Made by a program: the position numbers and the translations under genes. From a virus, in IMG/VR virus record IMGVR_UViG_3300036766_002289, positions 28,056-92,055 of that record: 64,000 nt of DNA, one strand, 5' to 3'. The notes under the pieces are model-generated. The model ran no database searches and was not told the DNA's origin. It saw only the letters and a list, made by a program, of their open reading frames with translations. Of this stretch, positions 16,282 to 25,041 are shown in pieces. Within the stretch, counting starts at the first letter, position 1; every line of letters begins with the position of its first letter.

Positions 16282-16449
16282 GAAAGATAGCTGCGATTCT
16301 TGAATTAAATGCTCAAGAACTCAAGTATTTGCTTCACGGTCTTAAACAGTTAGATATGCATTACAATGCTGGTTCCAGAGATTTTAATCGTGAAGAAATG
16401 CATGAGAAACTTCAACAGAAACTTGAAAAGGCTTCTGTTGATTTGAAAT

Positions 16450-16522
16450 AGCTCTACTGTTGGTGGGTACAACGGGTGGCCTCCAAAACCACTGCTTGCG
16501 GGTTCGATTCCTGCTAGGGCTG
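16450..16522 (+). tRNA. tRNA, probably Trp(CCA); anticodon arm irregular
   Basis: Acceptor AGCTCTA/TAGGGCT, D-stem GTTG/CAAC, loop CTCCAAA, T-arm GCGGG-TTCGATT-CCTGC. Confidence 0.4.
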
Positions 16523-16541
16523 CTTATAGAAAGGTGATTAA

Positions 16542-17102
16542 ATGACAATTTCAATAGACATTGGTAAGTTTGAGGCCGAGATTGAATATATAAGTGCAAT
16601 CGGTAAACGCAGCCGCAAGGTGGAATTAGAAGTTATGTGGCATAGTTGTTGGGTGTATCAAGTAACCTACTATAGGCCAAGAGATGCTGAAGATCATGTT
16701 GTAGTCGTAACTAAAGACTGGTATCCACCCAACATCAATATTAGTTTCACTCCAGAACAATTTGATAAGGTAGTAGAATTATATCCTTTGGCTCCCAAAA
16801 ATGAGAGAGATCAATGTTATAAGCCATTTTATGAAGATTATGATTTGAGTAGGGGCATGTTTGATTTTGGGGATGATGTTCTATTTCAAGCGTTCAAAAG
16901 CCCACAACCGACCGATGATGAAAGAGTATATTTAGTGCGACATTGTTTTTCTTATGGCACACCTACACCTGATACAGCTGTTCTTGGCTTACATGTTGAT
17001 GATCTAAAAAAATTGAAAGAATTGCTTGATAGTAAGAAAAATGAAATTTTTTATTCTGGATGTAAAATATCTTGGCCATCTAAAATATTAGGTGATCTTT
17101 AA
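16542..17102 (+). CDS. hypothetical protein
   Basis: ORF 186 aa. Confidence 0.5.
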   Translation: MTISIDIGKFEAEIEYISAIGKRSRKVELEVMWHSCWVYQVTYYRPRDAEDHVVVVTKDWYPPNINISFTPEQFDKVVELYPLAPKNERDQCYKPFYEDYDLSRGMFDFGDDVLFQAFKSPQPTDDERVYLVRHCFSYGTPTPDTAVLGLHVDDLKKLKELLDSKKNEIFYSGCKISWPSKILGDL

Positions 17103-17103
17103 T

Positions 17104-17176
17104 TCCTCAGTAGCTCAATAGGTAGAGCGCAAAGCTGTTAACTTTGATGTTCCTCGTTCGAGTCGAGGCTGAGGAG
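17104..17176 (+). tRNA. tRNA-Asn(GTT), third diverged copy
   Basis: Acceptor TCCTCAG/CTGAGGA, D-arm GCTC-AATAGGTA-GAGC, anticodon arm CAAAG-CTGTTAA-CTTTG, T-loop TTCGAGT. Confidence 0.55.
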
Positions 17177-17179
17177 CTT

Positions 17180-17350
17180 ATGAATCTTACATGGTTTGGT
17201 AAAATGGGCATGGTGTTTATGATAGCATCTTGTATGCTAGGTGTTGTGTCGATGGCAACTAGGTCAGTAACCATGTTATGGTGTTCTGCCGCATTTAGCG
17301 TCATTGCTGGCGTATTAATGACATTTGAAGCAACTAAACACAAGAGATAA
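17180..17350 (+). CDS. small membrane protein
   Basis: ATG 17180 after a gaggag RBS; hydrophobic 56 aa; the listed ORF start at 17144 would overlap the tRNA. Confidence 0.4.
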   Translation: MNLTWFGKMGMVFMIASCMLGVVSMATRSVTMLWCSAAFSVIAGVLMTFEATKHKR

Positions 17351-17678
17351 AATTATGAACTTAATATTTATGTTAACTTTGTGTTGCGGTGAAATCCCTA
17401 CTGCCGAAGATACTAATCTTCAAACTAAAAAGGCGATTGTCGAGATTCAGAGAAAAGCAGAAAAGGATTTTGAATCTTATATTGAGTTGAATATAAGGGA
17501 CGCAGTAAGGAAAGGGAAATATACCACATCTTTGATTATTCAGGAAGATTTTAATGTTCTTCCTTATGTGAAGGCTGTATTAATGCCAAAGTTAGAAAAA
17601 CTTGGGTATAAAGTTGAATTAAAGATTCCTCCGAAAGATTCGATTGGTAATCCAACTTTGTATATCAGGTGGGAGTAG
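17325..17678 (+). CDS. hypothetical protein
   Basis: ORF 117 aa. Confidence 0.45.
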   Translation: MKQLNTRDKIMNLIFMLTLCCGEIPTAEDTNLQTKKAIVEIQRKAEKDFESYIELNIRDAVRKGKYTTSLIIQEDFNVLPYVKAVLMPKLEKLGYKVELKIPPKDSIGNPTLYIRWE

Positions 17679-17679
17679 T

Positions 17680-17898
17680 TTATTTTTCTGCGAATGGTGG
17701 ACGGGCAGTACCAGGGAAATCTTGATTTAACGTTCCAAGTGGTTGTGGTTTCTTGATTTGATATTGGGCTGTTTGGCCCTTTTTGATAGGGATCATTAAA
17801 TTAGGATTGATTGGGACTTGCATAGGATTTGGGCCGTTTGGAGTCACCATTTGTTGTGGGCCAGGTTCTAAGCCTTCAAGCCATTGTCTGAAGTTCAT
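17680..17898 (-). CDS. hypothetical protein
   Basis: 72-aa ORF on the minus strand, contiguous with 17895-18446. Confidence 0.35.
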   Translation of the reverse strand: MNFRQWLEGLEPGPQQMVTPNGPNPMQVPINPNLMIPIKKGQTAQYQIKKPQPLGTLNQDFPGTARPPFAEK

Positions 17899-18446
17899 TG
17901 AGGTAATCCTGTTCTTAACTTTTTAGCGCCTGCTGGTTTGTAAATTCCAGTGCCAACGTATTGTGTTGTATCTGGTTGCATTGGTGGAGAGCTAAAATAT
18001 TGGTTAGTATTGCCGACTGTTTGTGGTGTTAGTGTCATTGTTGGGGAATACCCTAATGACCTACCGAATTCAACTGTTTTTCTGCTAATTGGGTCTTTTT
18101 GTAATACACCCATTACGTAATTCCTGGCGAGTGTTCTTCCTGCTTGTCGTCTATCGCCTATTTTGGCTTTAGAAGCTATTTTTCGCATTGTTCCTTGAAT
18201 AATTTCTTGTCTGTTAGTAGGGTTGCTTAGGTAGTCGGCGGCGTAGTGTAACCAGGAAAAAGGTGGTGGGCCTTGTTGAGAATCTGGTCCCCTTCTCATG
18301 GTTCGTGTAGGTTCGGTACTCATTTTAACGATGGCATTGTATGCAGCTTCTGCATCCTCGGCTGTTTCCGCTTTCGAGTTACCTCTTGTATAGACGCCTA
18401 AATTTATACCTTGTGCTTCACGAATTTCAATCCATTCTTTAAACAT
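17895..18446 (-). CDS. hypothetical protein
   Basis: 183-aa ORF on the minus strand. Confidence 0.45.
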   Translation of the reverse strand: MFKEWIEIREAQGINLGVYTRGNSKAETAEDAEAAYNAIVKMSTEPTRTMRRGPDSQQGPPPFSWLHYAADYLSNPTNRQEIIQGTMRKIASKAKIGDRRQAGRTLARNYVMGVLQKDPISRKTVEFGRSLGYSPTMTLTPQTVGNTNQYFSSPPMQPDTTQYVGTGIYKPAGAKKLRTGLPQ

Positions 18447-18488
18447 ATGGTATTTATATAAAATTTTTGATTTTTGTTGAATAATTTA

Positions 18489-18539
18489 GCCCTCATAGTA
18501 CAATGGCAGTATAACTGAGTCCGATTCTCAGTGAGGGCT
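18489..18539 (+). ncRNA. truncated tRNA-like element (51 nt) with acceptor, D- and T-arms but no anticodon arm
   Basis: GCCCTCA-TA-GTAC-AATGGCA-GTAT-AA-CTGAG-TCCGATT-CTCAG-TGAGGGC-T. Confidence 0.4.
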
Positions 18540-18546
18540 TTGGATA

Positions 18547-18795
18547 ATGGAAGAATTATATTTCTGTATGCACTTGACGGAAAATGAGCATTACATAGCT
18601 GAATGGGATTTTCAAGAAAAATGTGAAGTATTGGGACTGACTATCGTTTATTACAGGAAGTTGAAGGAAGGTCATGTGCCGATGTATCGTGAGATTAAGG
18701 TGAAGGGTGAACGGCTCGCTATAAATCAATTTAAGAAATTCTTGAAAGAGAAATTTTATACAGAGCAAATTGAGAGAAACCCGCACAAAGTTTAG
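18547..18795 (+). CDS. hypothetical protein
   Basis: ORF 82 aa. Confidence 0.4.
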   Translation: MEELYFCMHLTENEHYIAEWDFQEKCEVLGLTIVYYRKLKEGHVPMYREIKVKGERLAINQFKKFLKEKFYTEQIERNPHKV

Positions 18796-18815
18796 CCTTT
18801 TTTTGGAGAATAATT

Positions 18816-19001
18816 ATGTTTACAGAGAAAGAAATCCAGACGATTAAACTTGCTTTAAAGGCATTTAAATTGCAGATGTGTTTTGATTCAAGAAGCACTA
18901 CTAAGGATTTTAATCCAGTCCTTTTAGATGAGTTAACTTCTCAAATGGAAAATTTTTATAAGACTTTATTGGGAAAAGTCGATAACCTTTTGCCACTATA
19001 G
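18816..19001 (+). CDS. hypothetical protein
   Basis: ORF 61 aa. Confidence 0.35.
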   Translation: MFTEKEIQTIKLALKAFKLQMCFDSRSTTKDFNPVLLDELTSQMENFYKTLLGKVDNLLPL

Positions 19002-19062
19002 TATAATGGCATTACGTCTGTTTCGTAATCAGAAATTGAGGGTTCGATTCCTTCTAGTGGCT
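18992..19062 (+). tRNA. tRNA, anticodon uncertain (loop TTCGTAA, Thr-CGT?)
   Basis: Acceptor GCCACTA/TAGTGGC, T-arm GAGGG-TTCGATT-CCTTC. Confidence 0.4.
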
Positions 19063-19073
19063 CTGTGGAATTA

Positions 19074-19172
19074 GTGTAAATGGACAGCACGTAGGAGAAA
19101 GCAACAGTAAAGCCTTTTTAGGTGAAAATGATGCTCATCCCTGAAGTGACGGTTCGAATCCGTTATTACACC
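19074..19172 (+). tRNA. atypical long tRNA-like gene (99 nt)
   Basis: Acceptor GTGTAAA/ATTACAC (one mismatch), T-arm GACGG-TTCGAAT-CCGTT; the internal about 45 nt could not be folded into standard D/anticodon/variable arms. Confidence 0.3.
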
Positions 19173-19178
19173 TGACTA

Positions 19179-19194
19179 TAGCTTAGTTGTACCA
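19179..19194 (+). promoter_or_regulatory. conserved motif TAGCTTAGTTGTACCA (copy 4)
   Basis: Exact 16-mer 40 nt upstream of ORF 19236. Confidence 0.4.
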
Positions 19195-19235
19195 ATGGTG
19201 GTGTTCCGATTTTTCAATAAAAAAGGAGGCTTCAC

Positions 19236-19526
19236 ATGCGGTTCTCATTGGCTATGGTATTTTTGCTTTTTGTGTCCCCGTGTTTCGCTGATAATTTTCT
19301 TTCTGTTCTAAAGAAAGATCAGAAAATCGTCTTGAGGGAAGGTCCACAGGGCTATCAAATTGTCATTTACAAGAATTTCGGCGTTGAGCCTGCGTCATTT
19401 AAGGTTATTGAGGTTGGTACAGACTATATTGTGGTTGAAGATGCGGTTGGTTTGAACGAAATTCGTATTCCGATTTACTCAATTAAGTCGATTACAACGA
19501 CTAAACTTCCAAAGGTTAAAGAATGA
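19236..19526 (+). CDS. secreted hypothetical protein
   Basis: aaggagg RBS; signal peptide MRFSLAMVFLLFVSPCFA. Confidence 0.45.
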   Translation: MRFSLAMVFLLFVSPCFADNFLSVLKKDQKIVLREGPQGYQIVIYKNFGVEPASFKVIEVGTDYIVVEDAVGLNEIRIPIYSIKSITTTKLPKVKE

Positions 19527-19915
19527 AGTTTGACAGTGAAGGTAAATTGGAGTATGGTCCAGGTCGTAGAGCGGTGGTCTGGGTGGATCAAGGGATTTCG
19601 GATTTTTACCGAAAGTTAGTTCCTAAGTATTATTATGCTCAGCCACAGATGTATCCAGCCCACATTACGGTTGTGAGATTACGTTTAGAAGATGCAAAAA
19701 ATCTAGATGTGTGGAATAAATACAATTTGGAAGCAATTCCATTTGTGTATGACAGTGAAGTGTATTTTGATGGAACTTACTTCTATTTGAATGTCCAAAG
19801 TGATAGGATAGGTGACATTCGTGAAGAGTTAGGGTTGCCTAGATTCCGTTTTGGGGATTTAGGGGCTGCGAAGCAATGTTATCATATTTCTATTGGGAAT
19901 GTTAAAAATGGTTAA
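19523..19915 (+). CDS. hypothetical protein
   Basis: ORF 130 aa, start/stop overlap. Confidence 0.45.
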   Translation: MKFDSEGKLEYGPGRRAVVWVDQGISDFYRKLVPKYYYAQPQMYPAHITVVRLRLEDAKNLDVWNKYNLEAIPFVYDSEVYFDGTYFYLNVQSDRIGDIREELGLPRFRFGDLGAAKQCYHISIGNVKNG

Positions 19916-20126
19916 TTTGTGTTTGTTTTTGTTTGCGGCATTACTTGCCTATTTTAGGTTTCATATGTCATCACATCCAGTGAGCATAGATGGAAGTTAT
20001 GAAGCAATAGCGCACTTGTTTGTTGGTGGGTTGCTTGGAGCATGGTTGGTGTCGCGTAAATATTTTTATTTAGTTTTGGTGGTAGCTTTATCTGGTTTTG
20101 AGTTATTTTCGTTTTTAAGTAGGTGA
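19893..20126 (+). CDS. small membrane protein
   Basis: ORF 77 aa, hydrophobic. Confidence 0.4.
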   Translation: MGMLKMVNLCLFLFAALLAYFRFHMSSHPVSIDGSYEAIAHLFVGGLLGAWLVSRKYFYLVLVVALSGFELFSFLSR

Positions 20127-20136
20127 GGAGATTTGG

Positions 20137-20340
20137 ATGGTCAGTAATGCTTTTCGCAAGATGATGGGTGATCGTCATCAGAATTCTGATGGTTTCACTT
20201 ACGTCTATGGGGCCATTAAGGATGGTTCCACTGCCCGTCCCGCAACTGCTTCCACCAAGAAGTCGATTCGTAGCGACAAGAGGAAGGTCAGAAATCAGGA
20301 ACTTAGGCAGATTGAGAAGGATTCATATGAGAGACGGTAA
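20137..20340 (+). CDS. hypothetical basic protein
   Basis: Strong RBS gaggag; ORF 67 aa. Confidence 0.4.
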   Translation: MVSNAFRKMMGDRHQNSDGFTYVYGAIKDGSTARPATASTKKSIRSDKRKVRNQELRQIEKDSYERR

Positions 20341-20595
20341 GGCAAAAATTGAGCAAGCTGACGGCTCATCTGGTAATTGGCATCGTTCCCTTAAAAAGAG
20401 GAAGTTGAGAAGTGAGCGCCGTCGAGCCAAAAGGAATCCAGAATGTCAGACCGCGTATCGTAGATACAGTGGTTACGAATTGTAAGATTGGCCCGTTAAG
20501 ATTTATATTATTTGTCCTCTGAGTGTGATAGATAGCACGACAGTCTACGAAGCTGTAGGAAATAGAGCGTAACTATTAGAGGATATTTGAATAAA

Positions 20596-20638
20596 ATAAT
20601 ATGAACCTCTACTATATTATAGTAGAGGTTCATATTAT
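20596..20638 (+). promoter_or_regulatory. about 43-nt near-perfect palindrome (atgaacctctactata-t-tatagtagaggttcat plus flanks)
   Basis: Inverted repeat immediately upstream of, and overlapping, the first ATG of the DUF559-like gene. Confidence 0.45.
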
Positions 20639-21503
20639 GAAATACAATTTAGAACATATACAGAAACATTATGATGAAGGTTTGTCGTGGATTGAAGTTG
20701 CATCTAATTTAAAAATTAGTGAAGGCAGTTTAAGATATATGAGGAAAAAAGGATTCTTGAAAAGCAGGGATGCTAAAACAAAAATGAAATTTGCGGCTAA
20801 AAAGATATCTAGTGCTATGAAAGTGGCTCATGATGAAGGTAGGCACCCTGGCTGGTTATCAGTAAACTTGAATAAGGAAAATAGAACCTACCCAGAACAG
20901 TTTTTTATTAATGCTATTGGTAATTTTAGATATTTAGATAACTATACCATATTGGAGAAAGTTGCTTTTCATCAATATGTTTTTGATTTTGTGATAGTAG
21001 AAGAAAAAATTGATATAGAGATAGACGGTGAACACCACCTTCATGATTTTAATACAGTTGAAAAAGATGTAAAAAGAGACAAGAAAGCAATTGCTAATGG
21101 ATGGAAGGTTTTTAGGATATCATGGGATGAATTGCGTTTGAATACTTCTAAGGTTATGGATGAATTAATTAACTTCATAAAATTAAATAAAAGTGATAAT
21201 GAATCTGTGATTCAAGTTATTACGCTTGAACCTACAGATAATCCAAGAAGTTTCCGTGCGGCTAAATTTAAGATTAGTTGTCATCCACCTAAGCCAAAAA
21301 GACAAGTTGGGGAATATAGGCCAAAATTTAAATTAAGAAAAGTGGTGAGACCACCAAAAGAAGAGTTAGAAAAATTAGTTTGGCAAATTCCATCATTGCA
21401 TCTGTCTAGTAAGTTCGGAGTTAGTGATAGAACAATTGGAAAGTGGTGTAAATGGTATGATATTACTAAGCCACCTAGAGGTTATTGGATGAAGAACGCT
21501 TGA
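20637..21503 (+). CDS. DUF559/Vsr-like (PD-(D/E)xK) endonuclease-domain protein with N-terminal HTH
   Basis: Core FDFVIVEEKIDIEIDGEHHLH...KRDKKAIANGWKVFRISWDE matches the DUF559/Vsr fold; second ATG chosen to avoid the palindrome. Confidence 0.5.
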   Translation: MKYNLEHIQKHYDEGLSWIEVASNLKISEGSLRYMRKKGFLKSRDAKTKMKFAAKKISSAMKVAHDEGRHPGWLSVNLNKENRTYPEQFFINAIGNFRYLDNYTILEKVAFHQYVFDFVIVEEKIDIEIDGEHHLHDFNTVEKDVKRDKKAIANGWKVFRISWDELRLNTSKVMDELINFIKLNKSDNESVIQVITLEPTDNPRSFRAAKFKISCHPPKPKRQVGEYRPKFKLRKVVRPPKEELEKLVWQIPSLHLSSKFGVSDRTIGKWCKWYDITKPPRGYWMKNA

Positions 21504-21523
21504 ATACATACAAGAAGAGGTTT

Positions 21524-21961
21524 ATGAAAAATTATTGGTTAGATAAGAAAAAGGGCGGATTTCCACAAGACGATGAATTTTCGAAAGTGGCGGGTTGTTG
21601 TGGTGATTTTGCTTGTAATTGCTCTGCTAATTTAGATATATTTTATGGGTCTCAGTTTGTTCAAAATGAAGAGATTTATGGCCGAGCGATAGAACGAAAC
21701 GAAAGTAAGGCTATTTGGAAAACTGAATTTACTCCTATATTAAGAGGCACAATGTTCGGTAAGGTCTATATGAATGGTGCCGAAATTTATGATTTTAGTT
21801 TTTGTTTTTCGGGCAGTGTTGTTTTGAAACAAGTTAATGATAGTGAGATGAAGATTTTGCGTATAAATTTAAAGGAAGCAACTGGAGAAATTGAAACTTG
21901 GTGGGATAAGTTGCCTATATTAGACACCATAATTAAGGTAAATTACGAATTTATTAGATGA
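21524..21961 (+). CDS. hypothetical Cys-rich protein, MKNYWLD family
   Basis: Start at the conserved MKNYWLDKK module; paralogue of 21973-22584. Confidence 0.45.
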   Translation: MKNYWLDKKKGGFPQDDEFSKVAGCCGDFACNCSANLDIFYGSQFVQNEEIYGRAIERNESKAIWKTEFTPILRGTMFGKVYMNGAEIYDFSFCFSGSVVLKQVNDSEMKILRINLKEATGEIETWWDKLPILDTIIKVNYEFIR

Positions 21962-21972
21962 ATTAGGAGACT

Positions 21973-22584
21973 ATGAAAAATTATTGGTTGGATAAAAGGT
22001 CTGATTTGCCAGGGTGGAAAGATGGTAAAATAGTTGACATGGATTTGTGGAAGGGCAAATGCTCTAAGTGTGGTGAGTATGAGTGGCCGTTTAACGATGA
22101 AAATATCATGATGCAAGGCGACCCTATGTGTGCATGTTACAGTGGTTATTGCAATTTAGATATTTTTTATCCTAGTAGGTTTATCCAGAATGAAACATTG
22201 GATGTTCGGAGTGATAATGGTTATATAACCACTTATCAGGTAATGCATACGCCTATTTTACCTGGAACAATGAGCGGTTATATTTGCTTAGAAGAACAAT
22301 GTCCGCCACTTAATGGTTGGAGTTTCACAGTAAATTCGGAAGGTAAGTTTGAAGTGAAGCGATATGGTGAATGGGCGAAGAATTCTTTATCTGGCGATGA
22401 CGACGTATTGACTTTGCAAAAATTAGCAGAAAGTGATGAACCACTAATTAGTTATTATGATGAAATTCATTATTGGGAAACAAAGTTAAATTGTGTGACA
22501 GGTATATTAGAACTTCATCATCATACTGTTGGACCTACACCAAAAATAGTTGCATCCTACGAATATGATAAGTGTGAGGTTTAG
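21973..22584 (+). CDS. hypothetical Cys-rich protein, MKNYWLD family
   Basis: aggag RBS; shares N-terminus and CNLDIFY segment with the previous gene. Confidence 0.5.
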   Translation: MKNYWLDKRSDLPGWKDGKIVDMDLWKGKCSKCGEYEWPFNDENIMMQGDPMCACYSGYCNLDIFYPSRFIQNETLDVRSDNGYITTYQVMHTPILPGTMSGYICLEEQCPPLNGWSFTVNSEGKFEVKRYGEWAKNSLSGDDDVLTLQKLAESDEPLISYYDEIHYWETKLNCVTGILELHHHTVGPTPKIVASYEYDKCEV

Positions 22585-22746
22585 ATAAGGAGTATTAACA
22601 TGAACTGCTCAGAATGCAAGAGATCATGTGATGAATTGCACGATTGCGATTGTGGAGAATACTCTGGCAAGTGCAATGAATGTTGGCAGAAAGTTCCTTC
22701 TAAGCATAGAGAAGAAGTCTGTGTTGTAGATTGGCTGGAAGATGAT

Positions 22747-22817
22747 GCGGCTGTGATGTAGTGGTAGCCTGCTTGCTTGCCGAGCAAGATGTTCGGGTCC
22801 GATTCCCGATAGCCGCT
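22747..22817 (+). tRNA. tRNA-Gly(GCC)
   Basis: Acceptor GCGGCTG/TAGCCGC, anticodon arm CTTGC-TTGCCGA-GCAAG, T-arm TCGGG-TCCGATT-CCCGA. Confidence 0.55.
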
Positions 22818-22820
22818 CTT

Positions 22821-23207
22821 ATGAATACAATAGAAGAAGCTTGTGATAAGATAAGAGAGTACTTAACTCAATGGTATATTGAGCATAAGAGTGCCATCGT
22901 CAAAACTTGTACCCCTTATGCTCAATATTTAAACGGTAGTTATTTGTATGACGCCAAACAAAAGTTTATTGAATTGAATCCAAAATATAAGAAATTTGAT
23001 TTTTATATTCATACTGGCTTTGATGTAGATGGCGATACTTGGCAACCTGGGTGTTTAGATGGTTGTTGCCAAACTCGGGCAAAAGTGCGTGGAATATATG
23101 TAGTGCCTATAGATTGGAAGCAGGCCAGAAATCTAGCTCTTAAAAAATCAAGAACACTCGCAATGATATCGAGATTTAAGTTTATGTCAAAATGGGTAGG
23201 ACAATGA
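22821..23207 (+). CDS. hypothetical protein
   Basis: ATG 22821 immediately after the tRNA; the listed start at 22761 would overlap the tRNA. Confidence 0.45.
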   Translation: MNTIEEACDKIREYLTQWYIEHKSAIVKTCTPYAQYLNGSYLYDAKQKFIELNPKYKKFDFYIHTGFDVDGDTWQPGCLDGCCQTRAKVRGIYVVPIDWKQARNLALKKSRTLAMISRFKFMSKWVGQ

Positions 23208-23560
23208 AAGATGAATTAACTTTAGAAGAATTCAAGCATATGAACGAAGAAGCCAAAGCGTTGAGAATACAATGGATGACTGAGTATCATCTAACTGAAG
23301 AGGAAATGGCGGAAAGTTTGATATATGATCCTCCAAGTGATGTGCAGAAGGAACAAGAAGAATTGGATGCAGTTAGGCACTGTGCTACCATCGACTTTTC
23401 TTGGCTTAAAGATTTGCATAAAGAGATATATAAGGAAAACGGACTCCCTGAAGACACAACTGGCAGGATAATTTGCATAGCTTGTAGAAAGCTTGTTTGG
23501 TTTGACGAAAAAGGTCTCGCTTATTGTAATTGTCATGCCGAAGGAATAGAACTTTTATGA
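23192..23560 (+). CDS. hypothetical protein
   Basis: ORF 122 aa. Confidence 0.45.
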   Translation: MGRTMKDELTLEEFKHMNEEAKALRIQWMTEYHLTEEEMAESLIYDPPSDVQKEQEELDAVRHCATIDFSWLKDLHKEIYKENGLPEDTTGRIICIACRKLVWFDEKGLAYCNCHAEGIELL

Positions 23561-23736
23561 CATACGTAAATCTAATAGTTAATGTTGGTTGTTTGAGCGA
23601 AGATGAGTGTGAGGTCATTGAAGCTGAGATTAGTGAGTTATTGGAAAGACATAAGATGAAATTGCATTCAACTCGTTCGGCACCTCAGCAAAGTTGGATA
23701 GATGAGGAATTGCAGTTTTATCCCGAAGATATGTAA
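23530..23736 (+). CDS. hypothetical protein
   Basis: ORF 68 aa. Confidence 0.35.
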   Translation: MSCRRNRTFMTYVNLIVNVGCLSEDECEVIEAEISELLERHKMKLHSTRSAPQQSWIDEELQFYPEDM

Positions 23737-23737
23737 T

Positions 23738-23809
23738 GGCCCGTTCGACTTCTAGAGAGGTCGCTTGATTCTCAATCAAGCTAGATGGGAGCGTAACCCA
23801 TACGGGTCA
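23738..23809 (+). tRNA. tRNA-Glu(CTC) with non-canonical T-loop AGCGTAA
   Basis: Acceptor GGCCCGT/ACGGGTC, anticodon arm CTTGA-TTCTCAA-TCAAG, T-arm ATGGG-AGCGTAA-CCCAT. Confidence 0.45.
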
Positions 23810-23928
23810 CTAACGAGTAGGATCGACATAGGCCGTCTGACAAACACTTGCACAGTCTAGTCGGACCTTTCCTTAACTGATCTAAAGAGTTTATTTTGGT
23901 GCAACGGGATAAACTTCTGCTCGTTTAT

Positions 23929-24000
23929 GCCGCATTAGTTTAGAAGTTAGAACATAGGACTTTCAATCCTAAGAAGAGGGAGCATTACCCTCATGCGGTA
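23929..24000 (+). tRNA. tRNA-Glu(TTC), second copy, non-canonical T-loop AGCATTA
   Basis: Acceptor GCCGCAT/ATGCGGT, anticodon arm TAGGA-CTTTCAA-TCCTA, T-arm GAGGG-AGCATTA-CCCTC. Confidence 0.45.
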
Positions 24001-24003
24001 CTA

Positions 24004-24204
24004 ATGTATATTGAAGAATGGCATAAATGCTGGTGCAGTTGTGAAGCCGTGAATTGGGTATGTTCAGGTAATCTAGAAGATTACACTGTGCCCGATGTTC
24101 ACGGCTTTAAGTGTTTTAAGTGTGGTGAAACTAATAAGTTTGACCTTGATTTGTTTGAAGAAGATGAGTTATACATTGTGGATGGCTTAGAAAGTCCTAA
24201 CTAA
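24004..24204 (+). CDS. small Zn-ribbon protein
   Basis: CWCSC...CFKCG cysteine pairs. Confidence 0.4.
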   Translation: MYIEEWHKCWCSCEAVNWVCSGNLEDYTVPDVHGFKCFKCGETNKFDLDLFEEDELYIVDGLESPN

Positions 24205-24205
24205 T

Positions 24206-24400
24206 ATGGAACGAGTAGAATTTGTAATTATTGAAACTGACGGATTTCATGAAACTTTGGCGTGTCCAAAATGCGGCAATATTTTTGAAATTGACGTTCA
24301 CACAGAGTTGAACCTTGTATTTGATAAGGAATACATGGGTCTAGTGAGTAAATGTCCTGATTGTGGGGCTTTACAAAAGGGCGATGAGGAGTTAGTATGA
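24206..24400 (+). CDS. small Zn-ribbon protein
   Basis: CPKCG...CPDCG. Confidence 0.4.
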   Translation: MERVEFVIIETDGFHETLACPKCGNIFEIDVHTELNLVFDKEYMGLVSKCPDCGALQKGDEELV

Positions 24401-24622
24401 TTTTCAAGGGTAAAGTTTGGAAATATCAACTTTTCAAAGAGGTTAGTATATGACTGAGAATGAATTCATGCGTGGAAAACTCTTGGATTATTATTCCACA
24501 CTTAATGTGGAAGGTGTCATAACAGAGTTGGAAATGGAAAGTGAAATGGATAATATTTCACTCAATATGTCTGAGTTAGAAGTTAAGAGGAAGTACAAAC
24601 GCTTAAAAGGGTTGGGCATTTC

Positions 24623-25027
24623 ATGAAAAAGTTACTCATTGTACTAGTTTTGTTATTAAGTCCAGCTTTATTTGCCGCTGATAAAGTTGAAAAACGAACT
24701 ATCGAAATCTACATGCAGAAAAAGAATTTTGATGATAACACAATTGGCTTTTATATGTGGGTGAACGATGCTGATTTTATCATTAGAAATAGTGCCCCGA
24801 ATGTTGATGTTGGGTATAGTTTTTCTGGGGGCATTTACTTGGAGAGTGACCGTCTAAGAACTGCTATGTTTTTCATCCACAATTGGAATGAGAAAAGTAG
24901 TAATTATTGCACCGTAATCGAATTTGGCGGAATACGTCCTGATGATATTCATATCTATCTCCCCGAGGGAGCAACGGCAAAAGTATACGCTAGTAGTTTA
25001 GATAGAATATATAAGAAGAAAGAATAA
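24623..25027 (+). CDS. secreted hypothetical protein
   Basis: Signal peptide MKKLLIVLVLLLSPALFA. Confidence 0.45.
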   Translation: MKKLLIVLVLLLSPALFAADKVEKRTIEIYMQKKNFDDNTIGFYMWVNDADFIIRNSAPNVDVGYSFSGGIYLESDRLRTAMFFIHNWNEKSSNYCTVIEFGGIRPDDIHIYLPEGATAKVYASSLDRIYKKKE

Positions 25028-25041
25028 AGCATACATATTGC

